A stretch of DNA of 48,403 nt from a virus. Taxonomy: Duplodnaviria > Caudoviricetes. The translations under genes were made by a program, and so were the position numbers. The notes beneath the pieces are model-generated. The model made no database searches. It was not told the DNA's origin and was given only the letters and a program-made list of their open reading frames with translations. Position 1 is the stretch's first letter. The number at the start of each line of letters is the position of its first letter. Shown here piece by piece: positions 25,701 to 33,892 of this stretch. The stretch covers positions 1 to 48,403 of IMG/VR virus record IMGVR_UViG_3300021082_000035; one strand, written 5' to 3'.

Positions 25701-25730
25701 GTTCTTCTTTGTGAATACCCAAAGAAGAAC
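25701..25730. promoter_or_regulatory. 11-bp inverted repeat just upstream of a -35 element
   Basis: gttcttctttg-tgaatacc-caaagaagaac. Confidence 0.55.
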
Positions 25731-25737
25731 GACCTAC

Positions 25738-25765
25738 TTGACATTCCGAACTGATGTTCTATTCT
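25738..25765 (+). promoter_or_regulatory. Housekeeping-sigma promoter with SOS box in the spacer
   Basis: TTGACA-ttc-CGAACTGATGTTC-TATTCT (16-nt spacer). Confidence 0.85.
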
Positions 25766-25822
25766 GGTTAGGCAACAGGGCAATCGCCACTGGCACCACA
25801 GTCTCGAAAGGAGACACACGAA

Positions 25823-26023
25823 ATGGCAACAGCAGCACCAGCCAAGAGCGTCAGCGAGGACATGGACACCGAGCGCGAGACAACGAACACGGTTCGCTTT
25901 GTCGGCGCAGATGGTGGCGTTCTCGCCAACGGCGACAAGCCCGCGACGATCTACGTCCCGAAGGCGGCGCTCGACGCCATCGGCAACCCGGAGCGCATTC
26001 GGGTCACCGTCGAGGCGCTGTAA
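25823..26023 (+). CDS. Hypothetical protein (66 aa)
   Basis: SD AAAGGAG; first gene after the promoter. Confidence 0.75.
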   Translation: MATAAPAKSVSEDMDTERETTNTVRFVGADGGVLANGDKPATIYVPKAALDAIGNPERIRVTVEAL

Positions 26024-26034
26024 CCCAGCGTGTC

Positions 26035-26131
26035 AGTGAGAGCGAGCAGCGTGACCTGCTCGCCTCTCACTAGGTGGGGCCACCCGTGGGAATGGTGGCG
26101 GTGGCCCTGCCTAGTGAGGGCATTCCCTCAC
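26035..26131 (+). ncRNA. Candidate structured intergenic RNA element
   Basis: Three tandem hairpins plus two alternative pairings fill the 127-nt gap. Confidence 0.4.
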
Positions 26132-26150
26132 GTAGCACAGGAGAGCGATC

Positions 26151-26339
26151 ATGCCTCAATGCGAATGGGTCGTGGACAACCACGGGCGGCACCGCCAGTG
26201 CCCCAAAAAGGGCACCGAGATTGTGTACGTCGCGTTCCACACGTTTCCCACTGCCCGCATGTGCAAGTACCACGCCAAGGCGAACGTCAAGCGTGAGGCA
26301 GAGCGAGCAGCGGCAGCCAAGCAACTCGGCGCAGCCTGA
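26151..26339 (+). CDS. Small Cys/His putative zinc-binding protein
   Basis: SD AGGAG; C..C..CKYH. Confidence 0.7.
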   Translation: MPQCEWVVDNHGRHRQCPKKGTEIVYVAFHTFPTARMCKYHAKANVKREAERAAAAKQLGAA

Positions 26340-26353
26340 AAGGGACCACTGAA

Positions 26354-26542
26354 ATGCGGGAGTACACAACGCCAGCAGCACTCATCATCGCGGTGCTGGT
26401 AATCGCCTTCTTCGCGGGCATGGTGTCCGTGGTGGGCCTTAGCAGTGCGTGTTTCTACGACGAGTTCGAGGACAACAGTGCTGTCATTCAGTGCCGCGAG
26501 TTCATCGTGGTGCGTGACGCAGAGACAGGAGAGTGGCGCTAA
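26354..26542 (+). CDS. Small membrane protein
   Basis: N-terminal hydrophobic helix; SD AAGGGA. Confidence 0.65.
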   Translation: MREYTTPAALIIAVLVIAFFAGMVSVVGLSSACFYDEFEDNSAVIQCREFIVVRDAETGEWR

Positions 26543-27057
26543 TGGCCGACGACAAGGACGCCGAGTCCAAGCCCTTCTACGACCCCAAGACCAAGCCGAT
26601 GGCCGAGGCAATAGTCAAGGCAATCGCCTCACTTGGCATCGACCTGTGGGAGAGTGAAGCGGAAACCGCGAGCGAGAAGGAAGGCAAGGCGGAGATAACT
26701 GCCGACCCGCACAAGGCCATGCTGATGGGCTATCTCGCGGGCTTCGAGGCTGCGCTGCACGTCGCTATCTGCGGCAGCGGCGGGCCTGACGTGGTGAAGA
26801 TGCTCGCCATGAGCATGGACCAAGACATACACGATGGGGCCACCCCGTTCCACGATCTGGCCGAGGACCTGCTGGCTGCGATCAAGCAGGCAATGCTGAT
26901 TACCGCAGTCAGTAGTGAGGACATTGACTTCGGAGTCAAGGGCTTCGTCATTGACGCCACTGGCAAGACGCCCGAAGAGGTCACCGAAGAGATACGCCTT
27001 CGGGCTACTGGTCTGGTCGCCAAGATGATGCCCAAGAAGGACAAGGACGATGCCTAG
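26542..27057 (+). CDS. Hypothetical protein
   Basis: TAATG coupling; SD AGGAG. Confidence 0.7.
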   Translation: MADDKDAESKPFYDPKTKPMAEAIVKAIASLGIDLWESEAETASEKEGKAEITADPHKAMLMGYLAGFEAALHVAICGSGGPDVVKMLAMSMDQDIHDGATPFHDLAEDLLAAIKQAMLITAVSSEDIDFGVKGFVIDATGKTPEEVTEEIRLRATGLVAKMMPKKDKDDA

Positions 27058-27718
27058 TGCGCACTACGACGACCTGATACGCATTGGGTTCACGCCTGAA
27101 ATGGCGCAGTTCACTGTGGATGCGGACGCCAAGGCGCAGGAGTTGCGTGAGGCAGACCCCTCGCTGCCCTTCATTACGGCTCACGTCATCGCCTCTGACC
27201 TGACCTCTGCCGACAGGTGGCACGAAAGGATTGTGTCGGGCGAGGTCGAGGCCGAGCGAGCAACCCACCTAGTGGGGTCATACGCACGGTTCCAGTTCGC
27301 CCTCGATCACATGCCCGCCGAGTGGGTGTACGAGAACATCGCTGACCTGTGGCGGGGCAGTGACCCCAATGACACCGAGGTTGCGTACCTAAAGGTGTGG
27401 CACGAGGCGAAGAGACATCACCGCAACCGCGTCATCACCGATGGCAAGCGTCTGCCCAAGGACAATCCCCTCACTGTCTATCGCGGTGAAACCACCGTCA
27501 ACACACCGACCGGCATTGCTTGGACTCTCGACTTGGAGATTGCCAAGAAGTTCGCACGGGGTGCGGGCATTCGGGTCGGCAACATCAAGGGTTACGTGCT
27601 CGAAGCACACGTCATGCGCAAGGACGTGCTCGGCTACCTCACCGAGAGAGGCGAGAGCGAAGTGGTGTGTGACCCCAATACCTTGTTCGGCAAGCGGATG
27701 AAAGGACTCTACGAATGA
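27050..27718 (+). CDS. Putative ADP-ribosyltransferase-fold protein
   Basis: LTVYRG..GIAWT.D..IAKKFA..GESEVV, an R-(S)-E ART pattern. Confidence 0.6.
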   Translation: MPSAHYDDLIRIGFTPEMAQFTVDADAKAQELREADPSLPFITAHVIASDLTSADRWHERIVSGEVEAERATHLVGSYARFQFALDHMPAEWVYENIADLWRGSDPNDTEVAYLKVWHEAKRHHRNRVITDGKRLPKDNPLTVYRGETTVNTPTGIAWTLDLEIAKKFARGAGIRVGNIKGYVLEAHVMRKDVLGYLTERGESEVVCDPNTLFGKRMKGLYE

Positions 27719-27933
27719 TCGACCTGCTATTCGGCGGACTCATCATCATCACGGCTGGCTTCATTGCCGCCGAGGTATACGCCCCACCATTCTGGCTGGT
27801 CGCACTCGTGTGGCTTGGGCTTGGACTTCGCATGTTTGCGAGAGGACTGCGTGACCGCGAGGACCGTCAGTTTGGGCGCACCATCGAGCAGTACCGTGAC
27901 TACAAGGCAGACCTGCGTGAGCGCAATGGGTGA
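27715..27933 (+). CDS. Small 2-TM membrane protein
   Basis: Two hydrophobic helices; ATGA overlap. Confidence 0.7.
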   Translation: MIDLLFGGLIIITAGFIAAEVYAPPFWLVALVWLGLGLRMFARGLRDREDRQFGRTIEQYRDYKADLRERNG

Positions 27934-28111
27934 CGTGAAGGGGGTGTCAATCAGTTGCGCCAAGGGCTGGCACCTGAACTGCCTTGGGCGAGTGAGTCCA
28001 TTGGACTACCCGCCTACCTGCGTGTGCTTCTGCCACGGCAAGAGCAACATCGCATCGCACGGCAAGAACGTGCCCAACATCGGAGAGGGACGGCGCAATG
28101 ACCGCACATAA
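27926..28111 (+). CDS. Small Cys-rich protein
   Basis: C..WH..C..CVCFCH; overlaps both neighbours. Confidence 0.55.
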   Translation: MGDVKGVSISCAKGWHLNCLGRVSPLDYPPTCVCFCHGKSNIASHGKNVPNIGEGRRNDRT

Positions 28112-28679
28112 GCATCAGCCCATCGTCGTGGGCGCAGCGCAAGAACTACTGCGGGCGGGCAAGATCGAGACATTCGATGCCGTCTACAAGTGGGTGTGCC
28201 CTGAGTGTGGGCTACCGCAGCGCACGACACGCCTAGCCGACACCATCTACACGCTGCGTCATGCGTACGGGTGGGAAATCAGCACGAACATTCCCGAAGC
28301 AGATCAACTGGCGGTCTACGTTCTCGTGAAGGCGGGTGACATGCCGGGTGATGAGTCAAAGGGGCCACATCCGAGGCAGTTAGTTCGCAATGGGGAGTCC
28401 GTGTCGGTGAGTCGGTTCAGTTCCGACCTTTCAGGCGTGTCGCTAGAGGGTTCAGTTCCCTCGCTCCCCACCAGCATCCACGACTACGACGGCAAGCCCA
28501 TTCCCGTCGAGGCAATCCCCTCACCAAGTCAATGGCGCTGCACCAACTGCGATCACGTGGTGTCAAAGCCCATCGGCCAGCCCGCCTTGGGTGGGTTCCG
28601 CCGAGCCAAGTGTCCCTCGTGTGGCGCAGCCAAGACCGGACCCGACAAGCACGGTCGCATCTTCGCGCCAGTGCGTTAG
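28098..28679 (+). CDS. Winged-HTH/zinc-ribbon protein
   Basis: RLADTIYTLRHAYGWEI (wHTH-like); CPEC, CTNC..CPSC. Confidence 0.6.
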   Translation: MTAHKHQPIVVGAAQELLRAGKIETFDAVYKWVCPECGLPQRTTRLADTIYTLRHAYGWEISTNIPEADQLAVYVLVKAGDMPGDESKGPHPRQLVRNGESVSVSRFSSDLSGVSLEGSVPSLPTSIHDYDGKPIPVEAIPSPSQWRCTNCDHVVSKPIGQPALGGFRRAKCPSCGAAKTGPDKHGRIFAPVR

Positions 28680-28699
28680 TGGGCGCATTGCTGAGGTAC

Positions 28700-28727
28700 T
28701 TGACAACCCGAACACATGTTCTATTCT
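28700..28727 (+). promoter_or_regulatory. Housekeeping-sigma promoter with SOS box in the spacer
   Basis: TTGACA-acc-CGAACACATGTTC-TATTCT (16-nt spacer). Confidence 0.88.
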
Positions 28728-28758
28728 GATGGTCAATGTTTCGCAAAGGAGAAAGAAA

Positions 28759-28911
28759 GTGGACAAGTGCAACCGATGTCAAAGCAATCGACCCATGCTG
28801 TACGAGCAGGGCAAGGTGCGAGTGTGCTCCGTATGCCTGAACGAAGAGCATTGGGACAAGATCGAGGGGCGCAGATCAGCACAGCAGAAGGCCAAGGTGA
28901 AGGACGAATGA
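28759..28911 (+). CDS. 50-aa zinc-finger protein
   Basis: SD AAAGGAG + GTG; CNRC..CSVC. Confidence 0.7.
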   Translation: MDKCNRCQSNRPMLYEQGKVRVCSVCLNEEHWDKIEGRRSAQQKAKVKDE

Positions 28912-29336
28912 CCCCGCAGGACCGCCTAGCGGCTGCAATCTACATAGACAACTACGAGTTCCACGACGCTCCGAGCGCGGAGTCAATCGCGCAGAGCGCC
29001 CTCGCCGCAGACCCCACCATCGCCGCCGATATGGAGCGCGGTGCCGAAGTCAACGCTGAGAAGCGGTTGCAGTTCCACCCGCTGACCGGCGACCCCGACT
29101 TCTCATACGCCTCACTATCCGACCGGCTCGACACGCTGGAACGGCACAACAAGAGCGCGGGTTTGCAGGGCTATCTTGCCGCGCTCAAAGAACACGCCGC
29201 CGATATGGAGTTGGGGCGACGGATACGGGACGCCAACGACCCGCTGCTGCGACAGACCATCTATCACCTGCTAGACGACGCCACCGTTGTCGAGATTGAC
29301 GAGTTCCGCGCCGCGCTGACCGAGGGCGAGAAGTGA
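28908..29336 (+). CDS. Hypothetical protein with internal AADMExG repeat
   Basis: ATGA coupling at 28908; cgccgccgatatggag occurs twice. Confidence 0.65.
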   Translation: MTPQDRLAAAIYIDNYEFHDAPSAESIAQSALAADPTIAADMERGAEVNAEKRLQFHPLTGDPDFSYASLSDRLDTLERHNKSAGLQGYLAALKEHAADMELGRRIRDANDPLLRQTIYHLLDDATVVEIDEFRAALTEGEK

Positions 29337-29725
29337 ACGACAAGCAACGCTCAATCAGAGGCGACGACAACGCAGCCCTAGACAACCTAATCGGTCCCGA
29401 AACCACCGAGCCAGCGACACAGGCAGGGCGGGCGCTGCTGGACGACATCGAACAGTGGCTCATGGGCAACCGCGACGAAGGCTTCAATATCACGCCGCGC
29501 ATCCGCGCCATCGAAGCCGAGGCGGTGAAGCCGTGGCGGGCGGCGCTTGCCGACGCCTACGGCATCATCATCGACCTTCGTAGCCAGCCGAACACGAAAG
29601 ACCCCATCGGCACGACTCGCATCCTTGCCGGTATACGCGCCCTGCTCGCCACGCCACCGGAGTCGGGCGAGAAGCCACAGCCAATCTTCAATCCCTTTGA
29701 GTTGGATGGACCGGACGGTGAATGA
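29333..29725 (+). CDS. Hypothetical protein (EPATQAGRALL family, copy 1)
   Basis: GTGA overlap; shares two blocks with the next gene. Confidence 0.65.
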   Translation: MNDKQRSIRGDDNAALDNLIGPETTEPATQAGRALLDDIEQWLMGNRDEGFNITPRIRAIEAEAVKPWRAALADAYGIIIDLRSQPNTKDPIGTTRILAGIRALLATPPESGEKPQPIFNPFELDGPDGE

Positions 29726-29954
29726 GCCAGCGACACAGGCAGGACGGGCGCTGCTATATATCCACGGCGAGGCGATGCGCGAACCCGTCCTCGCCATCGA
29801 AGCCGAGGCCGTGGCACCGTGGCGGGCGTTCGCAGACCACCGGCGCGGATGCTTATTCCCGATGGGCCTCAACGAACCTTGCAACTGCGGATACCTAGCC
29901 CTGAAGGGCGGCAACCAATCAAAGACCGCACAAGAGGTAGAACCAAGTGATTAG
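29718..29954 (+). CDS. Hypothetical protein (EPATQAGRALL family, copy 2)
   Basis: GTG start at 29718; H..C..CNCG C-terminus. Confidence 0.6.
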   Translation: MNEPATQAGRALLYIHGEAMREPVLAIEAEAVAPWRAFADHRRGCLFPMGLNEPCNCGYLALKGGNQSKTAQEVEPSD

Positions 29955-30294
29955 ATGGGTAGTCATTGCTCCCGATGGGAGCATGACCGTACGCGAGGAC
30001 GAGCCTACGCTGGAAGCACTGCAAGAGGCAGTGCAGGGTGATCTGGAAGCCCTGCCTGCTCCCTTCGGTGGTGTCAGTGTGTTCGTCAACGAAGAGAAGA
30101 AGAACCAGACCAGTGGCGAGCCGCTGCCGATGAACCCCAAAGCGACAGCGTTCATGGCCGGAAATCTATGGCCGGGTACTCGGCTAGTGGGGCCAATGGT
30201 GGTGGCCGGGGCACCGAACCCTGACGATGAGGCCGGGATGCTGACCTCACTCAGCGATGAGCAAGTGGCCTCATTGACTGGCAAGTTGGGCTGA
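29947..30294 (+). CDS. DUF3846-like protein
   Basis: LEALQEAVQGDLE, VNEE..LPMNPKAT, LVGPMVVAG. Confidence 0.7.
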   Translation: MIRWVVIAPDGSMTVREDEPTLEALQEAVQGDLEALPAPFGGVSVFVNEEKKNQTSGEPLPMNPKATAFMAGNLWPGTRLVGPMVVAGAPNPDDEAGMLTSLSDEQVASLTGKLG

Positions 30295-30295
30295 C

Positions 30296-30721
30296 ATGCC
30301 GAACATTCAAGTCGAAGTCAACGGAGTCCCTGTCCCGCAAGGTAGCAAGCGAGCGTTCCGTGCTGGCAACAGGCTGGTGGTGGTGGACCAGCAGGGCAAA
30401 GACCTGCGCACCTACCGTGAGGCCATTGCCTACGAGGTAGCCAAGCACATACGTGAACCACTGCGTGGTGCAGTGACCCTGCAACTGGACTTCCTGTTTG
30501 CCCGACCACGTGGGCACTACGGCAAGAAGGGGCTGCTGCCCTCAGCGCCAGAGTTCAAGACAACCAAGCCCGACCTCGACAAGTTGGTGCGCTCAGTAAT
30601 GGACGCACTCACAGGTGTGGCGTATCTCGATGACGCTCAGGTCAGACACGTGCAAGCACGTAAGGACTACATCACCGCTGGTGTGCCCGGAACCTATGTG
30701 CTGGTGGAGTGGGACGAATGA
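30296..30721 (+). CDS. rusA: RusA-family Holliday junction resolvase
   Basis: PVPQGSKR; KPDLDKLVRSVMDALTGVAYLDDAQV. Confidence 0.92.
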   Translation: MPNIQVEVNGVPVPQGSKRAFRAGNRLVVVDQQGKDLRTYREAIAYEVAKHIREPLRGAVTLQLDFLFARPRGHYGKKGLLPSAPEFKTTKPDLDKLVRSVMDALTGVAYLDDAQVRHVQARKDYITAGVPGTYVLVEWDE

Positions 30722-30981
30722 TTACCTTCCCTTCGGTGCATGGCTTCGACCGCATTCAGTTCGAGGACTACCGCATCCCTGCGTGGATATGGAAACGCCT
30801 CACCGTCTGCACTGACACGGGGTGCTGGGAATACAAGGGTGCCAATGGTGTCAGGCCGTGGAATGTGATGGCAATGCGCTTGCTCCACGTCGAGTGGCTG
30901 GCCATCCAGTCGGTAGTCCAGACCTGTGCCAACAAGGCGTGTGCCAATCCCGCTCACCTGTGCGTGGTCCTAAAGCCTTGA
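30718..30981 (+). CDS. Degenerate HNH/His-Me finger protein
   Basis: TGCWEYKG..QTCANKACANPAHL; Gln at the position of the usual catalytic His. Confidence 0.55.
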   Translation: MITFPSVHGFDRIQFEDYRIPAWIWKRLTVCTDTGCWEYKGANGVRPWNVMAMRLLHVEWLAIQSVVQTCANKACANPAHLCVVLKP

Positions 30982-31005
30982 CAAACTGAACGTACGTTCT
31001 AATAT
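30978..31005 (+). promoter_or_regulatory. Housekeeping-sigma promoter with SOS box in the spacer
   Basis: TTGACA-aac-TGAACGTACGTTC-TAATAT (16-nt spacer). Confidence 0.85.
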
Positions 31006-31034
31006 GTCCGTACTGTTTAGTAAAGGGGAAACAC

Positions 31035-31271
31035 ATGGCGACTACACCAGAGGAAGAGTTCGAGGGCCGCACTCACATAGGTGAGGAAGCCCGCCAGATC
31101 GTGGAGTCAGTGCGTGTCAGGGTGGCTGGCTCGCGTGACGCGAAAGCAGCATGGCCCATCGTGTTGGGCATCCTCGCTGCCGTCGTGGTTGTAGCCCCGT
31201 GGCCTGCCAACATCATTGGCGTGGCCCTATTGGTGGAACTGGCGTACATGCTGGGATGGAAACGTGTCTGA
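31035..31271 (+). CDS. Small membrane protein
   Basis: SD AAAGGGG; C-terminal hydrophobic hairpin. Confidence 0.7.
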   Translation: MATTPEEEFEGRTHIGEEARQIVESVRVRVAGSRDAKAAWPIVLGILAAVVVVAPWPANIIGVALLVELAYMLGWKRV

Positions 31272-31500
31272 GTTCGAGCCACGTGAGGACTGCAAGAACC
31301 TCAATGGCACCACCAAGTTCTCGTACGACACGGCAGCCAAGGCACGAAAGGCAGCACGTCGGACACGCAGGAACAACGGTGCGAACCACGGTGAGCGGGT
31401 AGTGAGGGCATACCGCTGCCCCAACTGTGGTTGGTATCACGTGGGGCACACGTACCCCGGAAGGCCGAAGAGAGACGATGGACTTAGTGACATACCGTGA
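31264..31500 (+). CDS. Small basic zinc-binding protein
   Basis: C..K..Y.T...A...A..AYRCPNCGWYHV, a common small phage protein pattern. Confidence 0.7.
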   Translation: MSEFEPREDCKNLNGTTKFSYDTAAKARKAARRTRRNNGANHGERVVRAYRCPNCGWYHVGHTYPGRPKRDDGLSDIP

Positions 31501-31855
31501 CGTTGAGGTACCTGACTCGGCGCTCATCGGCACAGCAACGGTCCTCATCGAAGAGAAGTTGCGCAAGTTGGTGGCTGACCCGTGGCAGGTGTGGGACGAA
31601 CGAGGCAACCGGCTGCTGGCCTATGGCCCGTGGCAGGTGGTCAGGTACGAACGCCTTGCGATCAAACAGGTGGGCTTGGTGAGGGTAATGCGCACCAACG
31701 TGAGGCGTTACAGCGGGGCGCTGGACAAGTACCCCTTTGGGAAGCCGTGGGACGAAGGAATGGGACCACCACCAAACCGTGACGAACACCCAACCGAGGC
31801 ATACAACGGACGTAGCGTTCAATCACCAGTGCTAATCAGGAGTCAAGCCGAATGA
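31478..31855 (+). CDS. Hypothetical protein
   Basis: ATG 31478; stop coupled to the next gene. Confidence 0.6.
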   Translation: MDLVTYRDVEVPDSALIGTATVLIEEKLRKLVADPWQVWDERGNRLLAYGPWQVVRYERLAIKQVGLVRVMRTNVRRYSGALDKYPFGKPWDEGMGPPPNRDEHPTEAYNGRSVQSPVLIRSQAE

Positions 31856-32070
31856 GCAGACAGAGGAAGGTGACAGAGGATGAGGTCTATGCCTATCTGA
31901 TGTACTTCATCGAGAAGCATGGGTTCTCCCCCACTGTGAGGGAAATCCAAGATGGCCTCGGCATATCGTCGCCGAGCCTCATCCAGAGCAGGCTGCGCGA
32001 ACTGCATGACAACGAGCGCATCACCCATATTCCGGGTAGCCCACGCACGATCAGGTTGGTGAGAAGGTAA
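31852..32070 (+). CDS. Stand-alone LexA-type DNA-binding domain (no peptidase domain)
   Basis: FIEKHGFSPTVREIQDGLGISSPS..L..L....I...PGSPRTIRL matches the LexA N-terminal wHTH. Confidence 0.85.
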   Translation: MSRQRKVTEDEVYAYLMYFIEKHGFSPTVREIQDGLGISSPSLIQSRLRELHDNERITHIPGSPRTIRLVRR

Positions 32071-32867
32071 TGGCAACGAAGGCAGCGGCAGGTCCACGCA
32101 ACGCCAAGACCGACGAGCGGTCAGGCATACGCACATACAAGTGGAAGGGCCGAGACTTGCCGTCAGTGACCTCATTGCGACGGTTGCTTGGTGTGCCCTT
32201 CCCCTTGGCGACATGGATGGTCGAGCAGGTAGTCAAGGCTGCGGTCAACAACTCGGTGGCGCTCGATGCTCAGGTGGCAGAGGAAGGCCCGGACGTAGCG
32301 GGCAAGTGGCTGCGCACTCTGGGCACAAGCGAGCGTGACGCGGCAGCCAATCGAGGCACCGCAGTACACGAGGCAGCAGCATCAGGACGTGCGGTCATGC
32401 ACGTGGAGCCTGAGTTGCAGGGTCCACTGTCTCAGTTCTACGACTTCATTACGGTCACGGGTGCCAAGATCATCCTGCAAGAGCAACAGGTCTGGAACCT
32501 GACGCTTGGGTACGCAGGGTCACTCGACATTGGCATCGAGATTGAGTGGGGTGGGGTGCTGCGCCGCCTAGTGGTCGATATAAAGACAGGCAAGGCTGTC
32601 TACGTTGACCACGTGCTGCAACTCATGGGCTACGGACTCGGCGAGTTCGTGGGCAAGGATGATGTCGAGGATGCAAAGGCCACCAAGTGGCTCCATTCAG
32701 CAGACGGGCTGGCCGTACTGCATCTCTCCGACACGGAGTGGGAGTTGATCGAAGTGAAGGTCAACCCCGAAATCTACGAGGTATTCAAGGCGATGGTGAC
32801 GTTTGCCCATTGGCAGATGGCCACGCCTACCATTGACACACTCATCAAGGGAAGGTGGACGAAGTGA
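32070..32867 (+). CDS. PD-(D/E)XK exonuclease
   Basis: LPSVTS, AANRGTAVH, YAGSLD, VDIKTG, LQLMGY. Confidence 0.85.
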   Translation: MATKAAAGPRNAKTDERSGIRTYKWKGRDLPSVTSLRRLLGVPFPLATWMVEQVVKAAVNNSVALDAQVAEEGPDVAGKWLRTLGTSERDAAANRGTAVHEAAASGRAVMHVEPELQGPLSQFYDFITVTGAKIILQEQQVWNLTLGYAGSLDIGIEIEWGGVLRRLVVDIKTGKAVYVDHVLQLMGYGLGEFVGKDDVEDAKATKWLHSADGLAVLHLSDTEWELIEVKVNPEIYEVFKAMVTFAHWQMATPTIDTLIKGRWTK

Positions 32868-33739
32868 CAACCGAGATAGACGACGAGACGATGGACGAAG
32901 AGCAGCAGCAGGAAGAAATCGACAACCCGCCGCCCCAGCCCAAGCCCTCAAAGGCACCACCCCCCAAGGCCACAGGCACCGTCATTCCGGGCACGAACAT
33001 CGCGCTCAGTGGTGTGGCACCGGCAGTGCTGGCTGACCTCGGACGTAAGACGCCAGTTGAGGAAATCAAGCAGCGCATGGCGATGAAGAAGAGTGGCCAG
33101 CCTGCCTACGGGCCGGATGGTGCGCCGCTCATGCTGTCCTACGTGGACGCTCGCTACGTGCAGGACGTGCTCGATGATGTGGTCGGGCCTGCCAACTGGC
33201 AGAGCGTGTTCCAGAACGTCGAGGGTGCAGGTGGCGAGGGTGTCCGTGCGGGCATTGGCATCAACGTCAACGGCGAGTGGGTCTGGAAGTTCGATGCCGG
33301 TGTGCCAAGCAACATCGAGCCGGTGAAGGGCGCACACAGTGATGCGTTCAAGCGGGCCGCTGTTCAGTGGGGCATTGCTCGTGACCTCTATGACAAGGCC
33401 GACGACGCAGCCGACGCACTGAATGCTGCGGTAGCAGCGGCACCAACGCAGACGGTGCAGCAGCAGGCGGGCACACGCTACGCAGGGCAGGCACCACAGG
33501 CTGCCGCTCCGCAGGGTGTGGTCACACAGGACGACACTCGCACTGCCGAGGAAGTCGAGCAGGATGCGATGGACCTTGGGCTGGTGTGGTCCTGCCCCCT
33601 GCACGGTGGCATCCCGCGCTACACCGCAGCCGGTGTCACCAAGAACCCACCACACCGCCCATACGCCGCACGTATCCGGTGCAGTGAGCGCAACTGCAAG
33701 GAGAACGGGCCGTTCGTGCCGGTTCCGGGTGACGTGTAA
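32864..33739 (+). CDS. Rad52/Sak-family ssDNA annealing protein
   Basis: SYVDARYVQDVLDDVVGPANWQ; KGAHSDAFKRAAVQWGIARDLY; C-terminal Cys/His cluster. Confidence 0.88.
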   Translation: MTTEIDDETMDEEQQQEEIDNPPPQPKPSKAPPPKATGTVIPGTNIALSGVAPAVLADLGRKTPVEEIKQRMAMKKSGQPAYGPDGAPLMLSYVDARYVQDVLDDVVGPANWQSVFQNVEGAGGEGVRAGIGINVNGEWVWKFDAGVPSNIEPVKGAHSDAFKRAAVQWGIARDLYDKADDAADALNAAVAAAPTQTVQQQAGTRYAGQAPQAAAPQGVVTQDDTRTAEEVEQDAMDLGLVWSCPLHGGIPRYTAAGVTKNPPHRPYAARIRCSERNCKENGPFVPVPGDV

Positions 33740-33864
33740 TGGACTGGCTCGAACTCGCACTCATGCTCTTCGTGATTGGTCAGGTGGTCGGCATCGCGCT
33801 GGCCATTCTGGCTATCATCGTCGGCATCATCTACGTGGTGGTGCAAACACTGCGGGGCCACTGA
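33739..33864 (+). CDS. 41-aa membrane peptide (not in ORF track)
   Basis: TAATG coupling; MDWLELALMLFVIGQVVGIALAILAIIVGIIYVVVQTLRGH. Confidence 0.6.
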   Translation: MDWLELALMLFVIGQVVGIALAILAIIVGIIYVVVQTLRGH

Positions 33865-33892
33865 ACTCACCCCGCTAGCAACAGGAATACCG

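Noticed and set aside
25886-25896. SOS-like GAACACGGTTC
   Set aside because: Only a 3-nt spacer and inside a coding region.
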